Positions 17,683-26,706 of a DNA stretch of 64,000 nt are shown here, one piece after another. Position numbers and translations under genes: made by a program. The notes under the pieces were generated by a model. The model was not told the DNA's origin. It worked only from the letters and a program-made list of their open reading frames with translations, and ran no database searches. This stretch comes from an uncultured virus (IMG/VR IMGVR_UViG_3300005821_000187) (taxonomy: Duplodnaviria > Heunggongvirae > Uroviricota > Caudoviricetes): IMG/VR virus record IMGVR_UViG_3300005821_000187. One strand, written 5' to 3'. Positions within the stretch are counted from its first letter, which is position 1. Each line of letters starts with the position of its first letter.

Positions 17683-19812
17683 TTAGGCGGCCCATCGAAG
17701 CGTATCGTCGGGAAGGATTTCTACAGCACGCTTGTCGGCCCACGTCGTGGTGCTGATATCCGCGCTCACTTGGATCGGCACGCCCTCGCGCCCTTCGGGG
17801 GCTGAGAACATGGGCCAGTCTTCCATCGCGCGGGCGAGCTTCACGAGTAGCGCCGCCCATCCGGGCTCGTTCGGCACATCGAAAACCAGCTCATCGTGAA
17901 TCGTTTGCACTTGCTTGGCGCCCGCGTCGCCGCGCACCCCGTAGCCCATCTCATGCGCTTGCAAGATCCCGTCGCAACGAATCATCGATTCCTTCATGAG
18001 ATCGGCGGCTGTACCACTGACGATACTACTCATCATTTGCCGCTCGCCGCGCTCACGTAACCATTGCTCTTCGGCGCTCAGAAGCGGGATGCGCCGGGGA
18101 CGGCCAAAGGGCGACACGAATAGGTTGCCGTTCTCTCTCATTTGCTGCGCCGCCGCGACCTTGAACAGTCGGATGTTCCGGTACTTTTCGAAGTAGGCCG
18201 CCAACACCTTCTTAGCGTACTCGCGCGTGCCCACTGGATCGTCGTAGTAGCCGGGAATGCGGAGCGCGAGCCCAATCTCAGTCATGCCGTAGCTGTTGCC
18301 GAAGTTTACCTGCTTCGCGATCTTGCGCAGAATGCCCAACTGGTCCGCGATGATCTGGTGCACATCGAGCCCCATCCGGTAGCACTCCAAAAGCACCGGG
18401 TCTTGGCAGTACCAAGCGAGCACGCGCAGCTCGATCTGGCTGAAATCGATATAGAAGCGGATGTAGCCTTCGGGCACCGTGAAGTAGCGCCGGATCTCGA
18501 CCTTGCTGCCGTCGCGCAACTCCATGGGGCGCGAATCGATGTTCTGCATGTTCGGGTCGGCGGAGCTAAGCCGGCCCGTCACGGGGGCGCCGCCCTTCTC
18601 GCGACGTTCAAGCTGATTGTAGCTCGCGTGAATGCGCCCCGTGGTCGGGCTCACGTACCGTAAGAAGTTGGCCGTGTAGGTCGTGAACAGCTTGTGCGCG
18701 CGGGCAAGGTTCCCAAGCGCGTCCAGCAACTCGCCGTGCTGGGGGTACTGCTTCGCGAGCAAGAGGCGCGACTCGCGATCGACCGAAGCCTGCTTCCCCT
18801 TCTTAGTTTCCTTCGGCACCCGCATGCGCAGCTTGGCGTAGAACAGATCGCGCAGCTCAGCGTCCGTGCCCGCAAACTCCGGGTTACTCGTGAGCCGGCG
18901 AGCTTCGGCTAACCAATAGTTGTATTCGATCTCCGTGCGATCGTGCGTGTCGCGAATGAGGGCCGCGTTCGCGGGCAGCCCGTTCCATTCCATCTCGTGC
19001 AGGATCTTCGAGACCTTGTTCTCACGCGCGACAACCGAAGCCCATTGCGTGGCGACTGACTTGTACCGCACGAGCGCGAGATAGATCGTGTAGAACACGT
19101 CTTTGCATGCGTACTTGCCGCAGAGATTGATCGGCGAGCGCGCGAAGCCGAAGCGTTCCATGTAGGACGCTTCGCCTAGAACACCGTCAACTTCGCGGCG
19201 GCGCTTTTTGTACGGCATGCCCAGCTTGCGCGCGTCCGCACGCATCCAGTCATCCATCTCTTTTTGCTCAGCGCGCGCTTCCTTGTCGCAATACTTGGCG
19301 GCTAGGTTCTTTAGCGCGAACGTCGGCTCGTTCTCATTATCCGCCGTGGCGAGCGTGGCCACGTCTTCGAACGTGCGCTTGAACGGGATGCCATCGGCTC
19401 GGAGCTGCGCCCAATCGAACTTCGCGTGGAAGAGCCCGCACCATCCGGGGGCCGCAAGAATCGCCGCCACTGCTTCGCTCACTAGCTCGACCGGGAGCTG
19501 GGGCGCTTCCTCGTTGTCTACGCCGATGTGCCGGATCGGGATGTACCACGCGGTGATCTGAGTCGGGCCGGTGAAGCACGCGAGCGCGTGGCCAATGATG
19601 CGCGCGCCTAGGTGCACAAAGAGCCCGCTCGTTTCGGAGTCGTAGACAATGTGCGTGGTCGCCACGAGCTGATCGCGCATCGCCGTTAGCTCTGCGGGCG
19701 TCTGCACGATCCGATACACCAACTCGATCTTGCCCGTGCGCGTCTTGATCACTTCTGGCTTCGGCCATTGGTGCTCTATGCCGACAAGACTGAGTTGATC
19801 AGAGGCGTTCAA
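17683..19812 (-). CDS. polA: Family A DNA polymerase with 3'-5' exonuclease (709 aa)
   Basis: Exo motifs YDSETSG, HAKFD, YACKD; TGRLSSADPNMQNI; motif A DFSQIELRVLA; motif B RKIAKQVNFGNSYG; motif C TIHDEL. Confidence 0.95.
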   Translation of the reverse strand: MNASDQLSLVGIEHQWPKPEVIKTRTGKIELVYRIVQTPAELTAMRDQLVATTHIVYDSETSGLFVHLGARIIGHALACFTGPTQITAWYIPIRHIGVDNEEAPQLPVELVSEAVAAILAAPGWCGLFHAKFDWAQLRADGIPFKRTFEDVATLATADNENEPTFALKNLAAKYCDKEARAEQKEMDDWMRADARKLGMPYKKRRREVDGVLGEASYMERFGFARSPINLCGKYACKDVFYTIYLALVRYKSVATQWASVVARENKVSKILHEMEWNGLPANAALIRDTHDRTEIEYNYWLAEARRLTSNPEFAGTDAELRDLFYAKLRMRVPKETKKGKQASVDRESRLLLAKQYPQHGELLDALGNLARAHKLFTTYTANFLRYVSPTTGRIHASYNQLERREKGGAPVTGRLSSADPNMQNIDSRPMELRDGSKVEIRRYFTVPEGYIRFYIDFSQIELRVLAWYCQDPVLLECYRMGLDVHQIIADQLGILRKIAKQVNFGNSYGMTEIGLALRIPGYYDDPVGTREYAKKVLAAYFEKYRNIRLFKVAAAQQMRENGNLFVSPFGRPRRIPLLSAEEQWLRERGERQMMSSIVSGTAADLMKESMIRCDGILQAHEMGYGVRGDAGAKQVQTIHDELVFDVPNEPGWAALLVKLARAMEDWPMFSAPEGREGVPIQVSADISTTTWADKRAVEILPDDTLRWAA

Positions 19813-20063
19813 TTGATCGCTAGGGCTTTGAATCGAGCGCGTAGATGATCGGGGGTTTCATCGGGATGGAAGTAGACCACGCCCTGCGCTTCAAGTCTGG
19901 GGTCCGCGTGATAACTCATGACGAACCATCGATACAAGTCGGAATGCCAGAACCAGACTTCAAAGCACGGAGCCCCATCCGTGAAGTAGAAGATCGGGGG
20001 CTGTTGCCGGGTCTCTTCGCGGCAGTCGGCGCTATCCCAGAGATTGATGATCCAGCCGTTCAT
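19809..20063 (-). CDS. Hypothetical protein (84 aa)
   Basis: Coupled to both neighbours by 4-nt overlaps. Confidence 0.5.
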   Translation of the reverse strand: MNGWIINLWDSADCREETRQQPPIFYFTDGAPCFEVWFWHSDLYRWFVMSYHADPRLEAQGVVYFHPDETPDHLRARFKALAIN

Positions 20064-21457
20064 GACGTGGAGTAGCCGGCGAGCACTGCGCCCTTCTCAG
20101 ACCAGATTTCAGTGCATTGGTGGGTAGTGATATTGAAGTAGGCGTTGCCGCTCGTGACCTTGCGCAGCCGATACATGATCGCCGTGCTGAGCGAGCTGTA
20201 GACCACCCCATCCAAACGGAAGCCGGTCGGCACTAGCTGCACGATGATATTGTCGCCGTCTTTGGTCTTGCGCACGAGCTGCATCCCCACGTCCAGCGGG
20301 AAGCCTTGCCCGACCTTGATACGGGCAAGCGCGGCCTTCATTTGCTTGACGCTGAGCTGGCGGATGGGCGGGAGCGGCTTGCCGTTCTTTAGCGTGGGGA
20401 GCCCTTCGGCATTCACGAGCCCTGGCGCGGGCGCTGGGGGCCGCTTCTTAGGTCGCGGCGGCGTTGGCGCGGGTTCCTTGGCGACGGGCTCAGGGGGCGG
20501 CTCAGGGGCTTCGGGGGGCTCTTCTGCAACGGGCTCGGGCTCGGGCGTGGGCTCGGGCGTGGGGACGGGGCGTACGCCGGTTTCGGCGATGGGGGTTCTC
20601 ACGTCCAGATCGGCCGGCACTTCGCCGCCGGCCTGAGTCACCCGAAGCCGGGCCTTCATCCGTTCGATGGCCGTTCGAAAGCTCATCTCTTCGGTGAGCA
20701 CGGCATGGATCTCCGTGTCATCGCTAAGCGCGCCCACTACCAAGTGCTTGTCGAGCGCGGCCGGCAAGCACGTGAACTTGTCTCGGCAATTCCAACACAC
20801 CGGGTCTTCCCGGTCATAGCCTTGGGCTTGGGGGCCAGCGGCGTGGCACTCGGGAAGCTCTTCGCGAGTTGGCTTAGGGATCGCTACATTCATCGGTTGT
20901 TCCTCGTGAGTTGTGAGAATCCCGCTGAGAATGCGTCGCGCCCGCCCCTGGATCTCCCGAAGCCGGCTTTGTAGTTGCTGCCGTTGTGCTGGCGCGAGCC
21001 CCCGCGCCAAATGTGCCCCCTGCACGAGCGATCGAACCAAAAACTCCCAATCCCGCCTTGGTAGTCGATCGTGCAGAACTTGTAATGCTTGTCGTGACTC
21101 GATTCGACCCTTATCGAAGACGGCCAAAGACTGCAACTCATTATCCGCGGAAAGCGCATCATAGCTGCCCACCCATTCCGGCCGGGGTCGTCCAGCGGCG
21201 TCGTGTGGCACGCGCCGTTGACGTAGGGCTTGCTTGCGTACGTTCGCGAAACGGTTGCGAATGGCCGTGCGCACGTACGTCACGCGGCCACCCCCCTCGG
21301 GACGCCAGCGCGCCACGCACTGCACCGCCGCGATCGAAGCCTCTTGGGTTAGGTCGTCCGGGTCGAGACCGATCTCTTCCCCCGCGCGGCGCCATCGCCG
21401 TGCTTCTGCTTCGACCACTGGCCAACAGTCTTCCCATGTTAGGCTACCCTCACCCAT
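20060..21457 (-). CDS. Sigma-70-like protein with a C-terminal Cys-rich and DUF2924-like extension (465 aa)
   Basis: DDLTQEASIAAVQCVARW...TYVRTAIRNRF resembles sigma region 2; then ECH...CWNCRDKFTC, a Pro/Glu linker, and GFRLDGVVYSSLSTA...SGNAYF. Confidence 0.6.
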   Translation of the reverse strand: MGEGSLTWEDCWPVVEAEARRWRRAGEEIGLDPDDLTQEASIAAVQCVARWRPEGGGRVTYVRTAIRNRFANVRKQALRQRRVPHDAAGRPRPEWVGSYDALSADNELQSLAVFDKGRIESRQALQVLHDRLPRRDWEFLVRSLVQGAHLARGLAPAQRQQLQSRLREIQGRARRILSGILTTHEEQPMNVAIPKPTREELPECHAAGPQAQGYDREDPVCWNCRDKFTCLPAALDKHLVVGALSDDTEIHAVLTEEMSFRTAIERMKARLRVTQAGGEVPADLDVRTPIAETGVRPVPTPEPTPEPEPVAEEPPEAPEPPPEPVAKEPAPTPPRPKKRPPAPAPGLVNAEGLPTLKNGKPLPPIRQLSVKQMKAALARIKVGQGFPLDVGMQLVRKTKDGDNIIVQLVPTGFRLDGVVYSSLSTAIMYRLRKVTSGNAYFNITTHQCTEIWSEKGAVLAGYSTS

Positions 21458-23490
21458 TGACGCTCCATGCGGGACCGAAGCAATACATCGGTCATCGCGG
21501 TCATGGCAAGCCTTCCTAGGTCTTGCATGTCAGAGCAAACCCAATGCTCCGGGTAGAACGTGCGGACGGCCGCGCTGTCCATCCCAATGCCGTAGATTTC
21601 GATGCCCGATGCCTGGACCCGCGCCACCGCTTCTTGCAGGTAGCGAGCCCCTTGGGCGTTATCGATGCTCCCTTCGGGCTGCCCGTCGCTCAGTACGAAC
21701 ATGACCCGCCGCTTCTCAGCGCGCTTCGCCAGTCGACCCGCTTGCCAGAGCACCGCTTCACCGTCCAGGTTGTGGCTGATCCCGGCGACGTTCTCTAGCC
21801 CCCGCGCATCCGTGGCGCCGAAGCTCTTGAACACGCCGTAAACGGGCACTTGGATGAGCGAGCCGCCCGTGGTCTCACGGTAGATACGCGCAAACTTGCT
21901 GATATCGGTCCCCTGAGCTTGCGCTTCTTTGAGTGCCGCGCGGGCCGCGTCCATGTTCTCCGCGGCCTGCTTTCGGAAGTCTTCGCTCCCGAAGATCCAC
22001 TGGTTGCCGTAGTGGCTTTCGTAGGTGGTGAAGCCCGTGATCTCATGCTCGACCTGGCACGTGGCCAAGGCTTGGTGGAGCGCGAGCGCCGTGAGCTTGG
22101 CCAAGTGGCTCTTCGACCCGTGGCCGTTGCCCATGGAGCCGGAGCAATCGAGCAAGATCGAAACCGCCACGTCGTCAGAGTCTTCCGCGACGTATTGCTG
22201 GTAGAGCTGATCCGCCGGGCACGAGCCCACCGCAAACTCACCTAGAAGGTCCGGGTCGACCAGCCCCTCGTCGTAGCCGCCGACCGCGCGCAGATCGCGC
22301 TTGGCTCGGAGCGCCGACTCGAAAGCAATCGAAAGCGACTCGCTTGCCGCGCGGGCTTCCCGCATATCGGCGGCGAACTGATTGCCCGTGGTCACGTTCT
22401 CAGCCGAAAAGTCACGCACAAGATCGAACTCGTGACTAAAGACCGTGTACGGCTGCACGTAGCGCGGCTGCTCAAAGACGTGGCGCACGCGTACCTGGAC
22501 CGCATCATCGGGGCTCAGCGGTGTGCCGTCCCTAGTCCACCGTCCCAAGTCACGTTCCACGATCGGGCTCTTGCTGCGCCCGACCTTGGCATCGGAGTCC
22601 GCGTCGTCAGCGGGCTCGCCCTCGGAACCACCGCCCTTGCCGGCCGTCTCTTCCTCCGTGTCGTCTTCCTCCGTGTCGTCATCGCGCACACGAGCCCGAC
22701 CGCCATCGCTGTCATCGTCAGCGTCGTCAGCATCGTCATCGTCATCGCAGTCAGAAGGATCTTCCTCATCGTCTTGCTCTTCGGAATCATCATCGCGCGT
22801 ATCGCCGTGCCCGTCTTCCTCATCGTCAGACTCTTCGGGCTCCGGCTCGGGCTTCGGCGGTTCGGCCGTGTCTTGGAACCATTCGTAGATCGTCTTGGTG
22901 ATCGCGAATATCTCTTCCGTGGTAGTCGACGTGGCCACCTTGGCAAGCTCGCCCTCGACTTCGCGGAGCATCCGGCCCGCGTCCGTGTGCAGCTCTTCGA
23001 TGGTCTCAATGGGATGGCCGCCGAAGGGCGTCACCACCGTGTTCACGCTCAGGCAAAACGCCGTCCAGAGATCGGGGTGCGATGCAATGACCTCAGAGAT
23101 CGGACTGTCACCATCGCCGCCGCGCTCCCAGAACCAGTCGTGAAGTTGTTCAAGGTTCTGCGCGCAGCCCCGGTACTCCGCGCCTTTGAGCCGTTCGATC
23201 ATCCCGTCTTCGAGCGCGTTCCAAAGCGCCTTGAACGCGGGGGTCTCTTCGGCGACGATCCGCTCGATCACTTCGAAGTTGGTGAAGCTCGCGTGCCCGC
23301 ACTCGTGGTCGAGCATGCCGTGCAGCATCCGGCCCGCGTGCTCTCCCAGCCAATCGTAGTGTTCGATCGCCGGGAGCACGACGCGGCCTTTGACGGCGAA
23401 CGCCTTGACGCCGCGCACGTCGACTTTGAGTAGCTGGTCGGCCGCTACGATGCGGCCAACGCGCTCCATGACGTTTTGCAGGTCGATCAT
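21439..23490 (-). CDS. CobT-like vWA-domain protein (683 aa)
   Basis: HECGH and NALED in the N-terminus, long acidic linker, MIDAS LLDCSGS, ITGFTT, VLSDGQP; ATG 23490 overlaps the ATPase stop. Confidence 0.85.
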   Translation of the reverse strand: MIDLQNVMERVGRIVAADQLLKVDVRGVKAFAVKGRVVLPAIEHYDWLGEHAGRMLHGMLDHECGHASFTNFEVIERIVAEETPAFKALWNALEDGMIERLKGAEYRGCAQNLEQLHDWFWERGGDGDSPISEVIASHPDLWTAFCLSVNTVVTPFGGHPIETIEELHTDAGRMLREVEGELAKVATSTTTEEIFAITKTIYEWFQDTAEPPKPEPEPEESDDEEDGHGDTRDDDSEEQDDEEDPSDCDDDDDADDADDDSDGGRARVRDDDTEEDDTEEETAGKGGGSEGEPADDADSDAKVGRSKSPIVERDLGRWTRDGTPLSPDDAVQVRVRHVFEQPRYVQPYTVFSHEFDLVRDFSAENVTTGNQFAADMREARAASESLSIAFESALRAKRDLRAVGGYDEGLVDPDLLGEFAVGSCPADQLYQQYVAEDSDDVAVSILLDCSGSMGNGHGSKSHLAKLTALALHQALATCQVEHEITGFTTYESHYGNQWIFGSEDFRKQAAENMDAARAALKEAQAQGTDISKFARIYRETTGGSLIQVPVYGVFKSFGATDARGLENVAGISHNLDGEAVLWQAGRLAKRAEKRRVMFVLSDGQPEGSIDNAQGARYLQEAVARVQASGIEIYGIGMDSAAVRTFYPEHWVCSDMQDLGRLAMTAMTDVLLRSRMERQWVRVA

Positions 23491-24440
23491 TTGTCGTACC
23501 CAAACTGGCGATTGATGGCTTGCTTGGCGACCTCTGCATCGGTCGGGCTTTCGAGCTTGCGCAGAATCGTCAACTCCGCGGCGCGAATCCCGTCGCCCAT
23601 TAGCTCCATGACCTTGCACCACTGAATGAGCCGGCGCGTCGAAAAGTCGCTCACGAAGTTTTTGTCTTGGCGGAGCTTGTTCGCCACCCGGCAAGCGGAG
23701 TCGATGAAGTCGATTTTGAGATCCGGCACGTGACACTGAATCCGCTTGATCTCTTCTTTGCGCTCCGGGTAGCCGCAGTCGATCACGATCCCGAAGCGGT
23801 CAAGGAAAGCCGCGTTCAACGAGTGCGTGCCGGCGTGGCGTGCTCGCGCCATGGCGCGGTAGCCGATCGTGTTGCCCGTAGCGAACACCGCGAAGTCCTC
23901 GTGCGCCTCAACAGTCTCGCCGGTCTCAGGGATGTGCAACGCGCGGTTGCCCTCTTCGAGCACCGGCTGCAAAACGAAGAGCACGCTCGGGAGCGCCGCG
24001 TCGATCTCATCGAAGAGCACCCAATAGCCCTCGCGCATCGCGATGGCCAAGTCGCCGGGATTGAACTTCAAGCTCAGCACCCCGTCGTCACTCGTGGGCC
24101 GCATCATGCCGCGCAGATTCGAGACCCGTGTCTCGCCATCGCAGTTGAACCGAACGAACGGCCGACCCAGCTCAGAAGCGAGCCGGGCGATGAGCGAAGT
24201 CTTGCCGCACCCCGTGGGGCCGGTGAGCATGACGTTCGTGCCTAGCGTGAGGCCCGCAGCGACTTCGGCGACCTCTTGCTTGGGGAAGCGGTAGGGCTGG
24301 GGCTTGGGGCTCAGGAAGTGCCGCTCAGCGAGACCGGGCATGACAACGCCCGTGTCGCCGATCTTCACGTTCTTGTGGGGCCGCACGCCCGCGTGGTCGA
24401 ACAGCGGAGCCCCCTTCTTTCGTTTTCCCTGGTTAGTCAT
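23487..24440 (-). CDS. CobS/MoxR-like AAA+ ATPase (317 aa)
   Basis: Walker A GPTGCGKTS, Walker B LFDEID, ATGNT and LNAAFLDRF; adjacent to the vWA gene. Confidence 0.9.
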   Translation of the reverse strand: MTNQGKRKKGAPLFDHAGVRPHKNVKIGDTGVVMPGLAERHFLSPKPQPYRFPKQEVAEVAAGLTLGTNVMLTGPTGCGKTSLIARLASELGRPFVRFNCDGETRVSNLRGMMRPTSDDGVLSLKFNPGDLAIAMREGYWVLFDEIDAALPSVLFVLQPVLEEGNRALHIPETGETVEAHEDFAVFATGNTIGYRAMARARHAGTHSLNAAFLDRFGIVIDCGYPERKEEIKRIQCHVPDLKIDFIDSACRVANKLRQDKNFVSDFSTRRLIQWCKVMELMGDGIRAAELTILRKLESPTDAEVAKQAINRQFGYDK

Positions 24441-24492
24441 GGTCCTCGTTCCCTTCAATCTCTCTATACGATGAATCGTCTACGGTCGTCAA
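24441..24492 (-). promoter_or_regulatory. Sigma70-type promoter with CGTAGACG box and conserved leader
   Basis: Minus strand: TTGACG-18 nt-TATAGA, then TGAAGGGAACGAGGACC-ATG. Confidence 0.6.
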
Positions 24493-24494
24493 GC

Positions 24495-25376
24495 TCACGC
24501 CTCCGTGCGGGCGGTCACGAGGGTGGCGGTCGCGCCCTTGGCGGGGCGCTTGAAGAAGCCGAAGTCGGTCGACTTGTCGGAGCGGGTGACGGTCGCCGTG
24601 AAGGTCACGGCCGCGCCCTTGAGAATGTCGCCAAGAAACTGGTCGTAGTCGACGCGGGCCTCAACAGCCACGTCGATGATGGCGGCCGGGACGGTGCCCC
24701 AAACGCACGCGCCATCGGGGAGCTTGACGGTCATCTTCCAAGTGGAGCCGTACTGGCTCTCGTGAATGTCGGCTTTGATGATGGTGCCGGCCATCTCGTA
24801 GCGGCCTTCGGTAAGCACGGCCTTCGGGGCGGCTTCGTCGGCGAGCATCTTGCGGGCGAACGCGACGGCCTTCTCGGAGATTGAACCGTAGCGCGCGAGC
24901 TTCGTCGCCATGTCGTTCAAGATGCGGTGTTCCTTGTTCGCAAGGTTGGTGCCTTCGGCTTCGCAGTAGTAGGGGAGGTAGTCGGCAAGCTCGGCGCGCA
25001 TGGTCGGGAAGGCGGCGTCGAACTCAGTGGCTTCGCGGGCGATGCGCTCGTTGCGCTCGGCCATTTCGACCGCGGCCTTGCGAGCCCGCTTGTTGGCGGC
25101 AAGCTCGACCTTGCGAGCCCGCTTCGCGATGGCGATGAGCGACGTGCGCACGATGCGGTTCGGGGGGCTGCCGCCGCACTCGAAACACGCACCGTGAAAC
25201 TGCGTGGGGTAGTAGCCCGCGCCGCCGCAACGCTTGCAGGTCTCGCGGTGCTCTTCGTACTCGTTGCCATTGTCGTCGACCTGGACGCGGCTGAAGTTGA
25301 AGCTCTGCGTCGTAAGGTACGCGCGGGCGTCGTCGGCGGTCTTGATGGTGATGCGGGTGGTCTTTGTTTTGGTCAT
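24495..25376 (-). CDS. Hypothetical early protein with CxxCxGxG zinc finger and OB-fold-like C-terminus (293 aa)
   Basis: CKRCGGAG...CFECGG; beta-rich C-terminus; has its own promoter and leader. Confidence 0.65.
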   Translation of the reverse strand: MTKTKTTRITIKTADDARAYLTTQSFNFSRVQVDDNGNEYEEHRETCKRCGGAGYYPTQFHGACFECGGSPPNRIVRTSLIAIAKRARKVELAANKRARKAAVEMAERNERIAREATEFDAAFPTMRAELADYLPYYCEAEGTNLANKEHRILNDMATKLARYGSISEKAVAFARKMLADEAAPKAVLTEGRYEMAGTIIKADIHESQYGSTWKMTVKLPDGACVWGTVPAAIIDVAVEARVDYDQFLGDILKGAAVTFTATVTRSDKSTDFGFFKRPAKGATATLVTARTEA

Positions 25377-25506
25377 GGTCTTTGGTCCCTTCACTACTAA
25401 GAGTAGACGGTCGACCGTGTACGATGCAAGGATAATTTCAAATGGGCACTTTTCCCTGGAAAACTAAACGATTGACCGTCCATCGGCCGTCCCTCATAAT
25501 CAGAGG
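25377..25506. promoter_or_regulatory. Divergent promoter region
   Basis: Minus: TTGCAT(25429)-18 nt-TACTCT, then TGAAGGGACCAAAGACC-ATG. Plus: TTGACC(25472)...CATAAT(25495-25500), 6 nt before ATG 25507. AT-rich spacer; palindrome ACGGTCGACCGT. Confidence 0.65.
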
Positions 25507-25707
25507 ATGAGCAAAAAATCCGATCTCCAACGCTGGTGCGATAAGCGCGGGCACGGGGCGCGAGCCGACCTAGCGAGGCTTACAGGGCTTCGCTATCAGA
25601 CTGTTCACGACCTGTTCAAAGGCACGCGAGTCGCTACCGTCGCAACCGCACGCAAGATTGAAACCGCCACGGGCGGAAGGGTGAAGTGGCAGTCGCTAGT
25701 GGGCTAA
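25507..25707 (+). CDS. Cro/Xre-like helix-turn-helix regulator (66 aa)
   Basis: ADLARLTGLRYQTVHDLFKG...ARKIETATGGRV is the pattern of Cro/YdaS-like HTH proteins. Confidence 0.8.
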   Translation: MSKKSDLQRWCDKRGHGARADLARLTGLRYQTVHDLFKGTRVATVATARKIETATGGRVKWQSLVG

Positions 25708-26706
25708 CGGGCGTTCGCTGAGCTGCGCTTTGTAGCGCACCGCATTGTCGATCACCCATGCGTTCTGTTCGGGGGTTAGAGCGCCGGGGTCGTAACCTTC
25801 TGGGGGAGTCGCGATGAACGTCGGCGCTTGCACGCTGAGTTGTCGCGCGAGTGTTTCGGCGTACTGCCGTTCCTCTTGTCCGCGGTCGAGATAGATCGTG
25901 TAGCGCATCGCGCGCATGCGTAGGAGCCGGGCCACCTTGTGCGGGGTCGGCACCTTCCCCAGCATCGCCACGGCGTTGATGCCCACCTTGATCGCATCGA
26001 ACGGCCCTTCGGTGATCACAACGTGCTGTTCGGTGCGTGCGCGATCGTAGTTGAGCAACACGTCGCCGGCCAACGCGTTCCCTTCGACGCTCTTCGGGTT
26101 CATAGTCTTTTTGAATCCCTTGCGCTCACCACCCGGTGGGTCGAAGGCTGCGCGCGCTTGCCAGTACACGAGCCCGTCGTCCATGTAGACGGGAAAGAAG
26201 AGATACCCTTTGAGCCACCCGTGCCGGCAAAAGCCCAAGTGCCACGCGGCGGCGTGCTCTTGGGTCACGCCACGCTTGTGCAAGTAGATCCAGGCTTGGG
26301 CGTGCGCGTGCACGTACGCGAGCCGTTCCACGTCCGTGGGCCACGGGATAGTCGGGAGCCGGCGGAGCTGGGCTCGCTTCGGGGCGATCGGGGCGATGCA
26401 CTGCACGTCCAGGCTCGCGTGGTTCCCGTCGCCGCCATCGTACCCGTCTAGGATGAACTTGCGGGCCGCGTCGGCATTGATCCCGAAGGCGAGCTGCACG
26501 AGCATCGCCGTGTTCCCCGTCCGGTTGCACCCCCAACAGATCCACGCGTCTTTATGGTGGTTCCATCGAAGCCGCGATGAGCCGCACTTCGGGCACGGCA
26601 AGAGGTATTCGTGGCTCTGCGCCGACCGTGACTCTTTTTGGCCCCCTACCTTCTGAATGAAGGCGTCCACATCGAGCTGGCGGAGCGCGCGGTCGAAGTC
26701 GATCAC
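25696..26706 (-). CDS. dnaG: DNA primase (Zn finger + TOPRIM, 336 aa)
   Basis: CPKC...CWGC zinc finger, YLHKRGV, YWQAR, ITEGPFDAI, YLD and DPG motifs. Confidence 0.9.
   Translation of the reverse strand: MIDFDRALRQLDVDAFIQKVGGQKESRSAQSHEYLLPCPKCGSSRLRWNHHKDAWICWGCNRTGNTAMLVQLAFGINADAARKFILDGYDGGDGNHASLDVQCIAPIAPKRAQLRRLPTIPWPTDVERLAYVHAHAQAWIYLHKRGVTQEHAAAWHLGFCRHGWLKGYLFFPVYMDDGLVYWQARAAFDPPGGERKGFKKTMNPKSVEGNALAGDVLLNYDRARTEQHVVITEGPFDAIKVGINAVAMLGKVPTPHKVARLLRMRAMRYTIYLDRGQEERQYAETLARQLSVQAPTFIATPPEGYDPGALTPEQNAWVIDNAVRYKAQLSERPLAH

Noticed and set aside
22432..23433. Long plus-strand ORFs (also 45105-46121, 49029-49922, 56862-57800 and many shorter)
   Set aside because: Antisense shadows of well-supported minus-strand genes, expected in high-GC DNA; no recognisable motifs.
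24440..24458. Shared MKG.(K/R)TM N-termini of three ORF-track proteins as a peptide motif
   Set aside because: Better explained as a conserved RBS/leader read from upstream TTG/GTG codons; the true starts are likely the ATGs 18 nt downstream.
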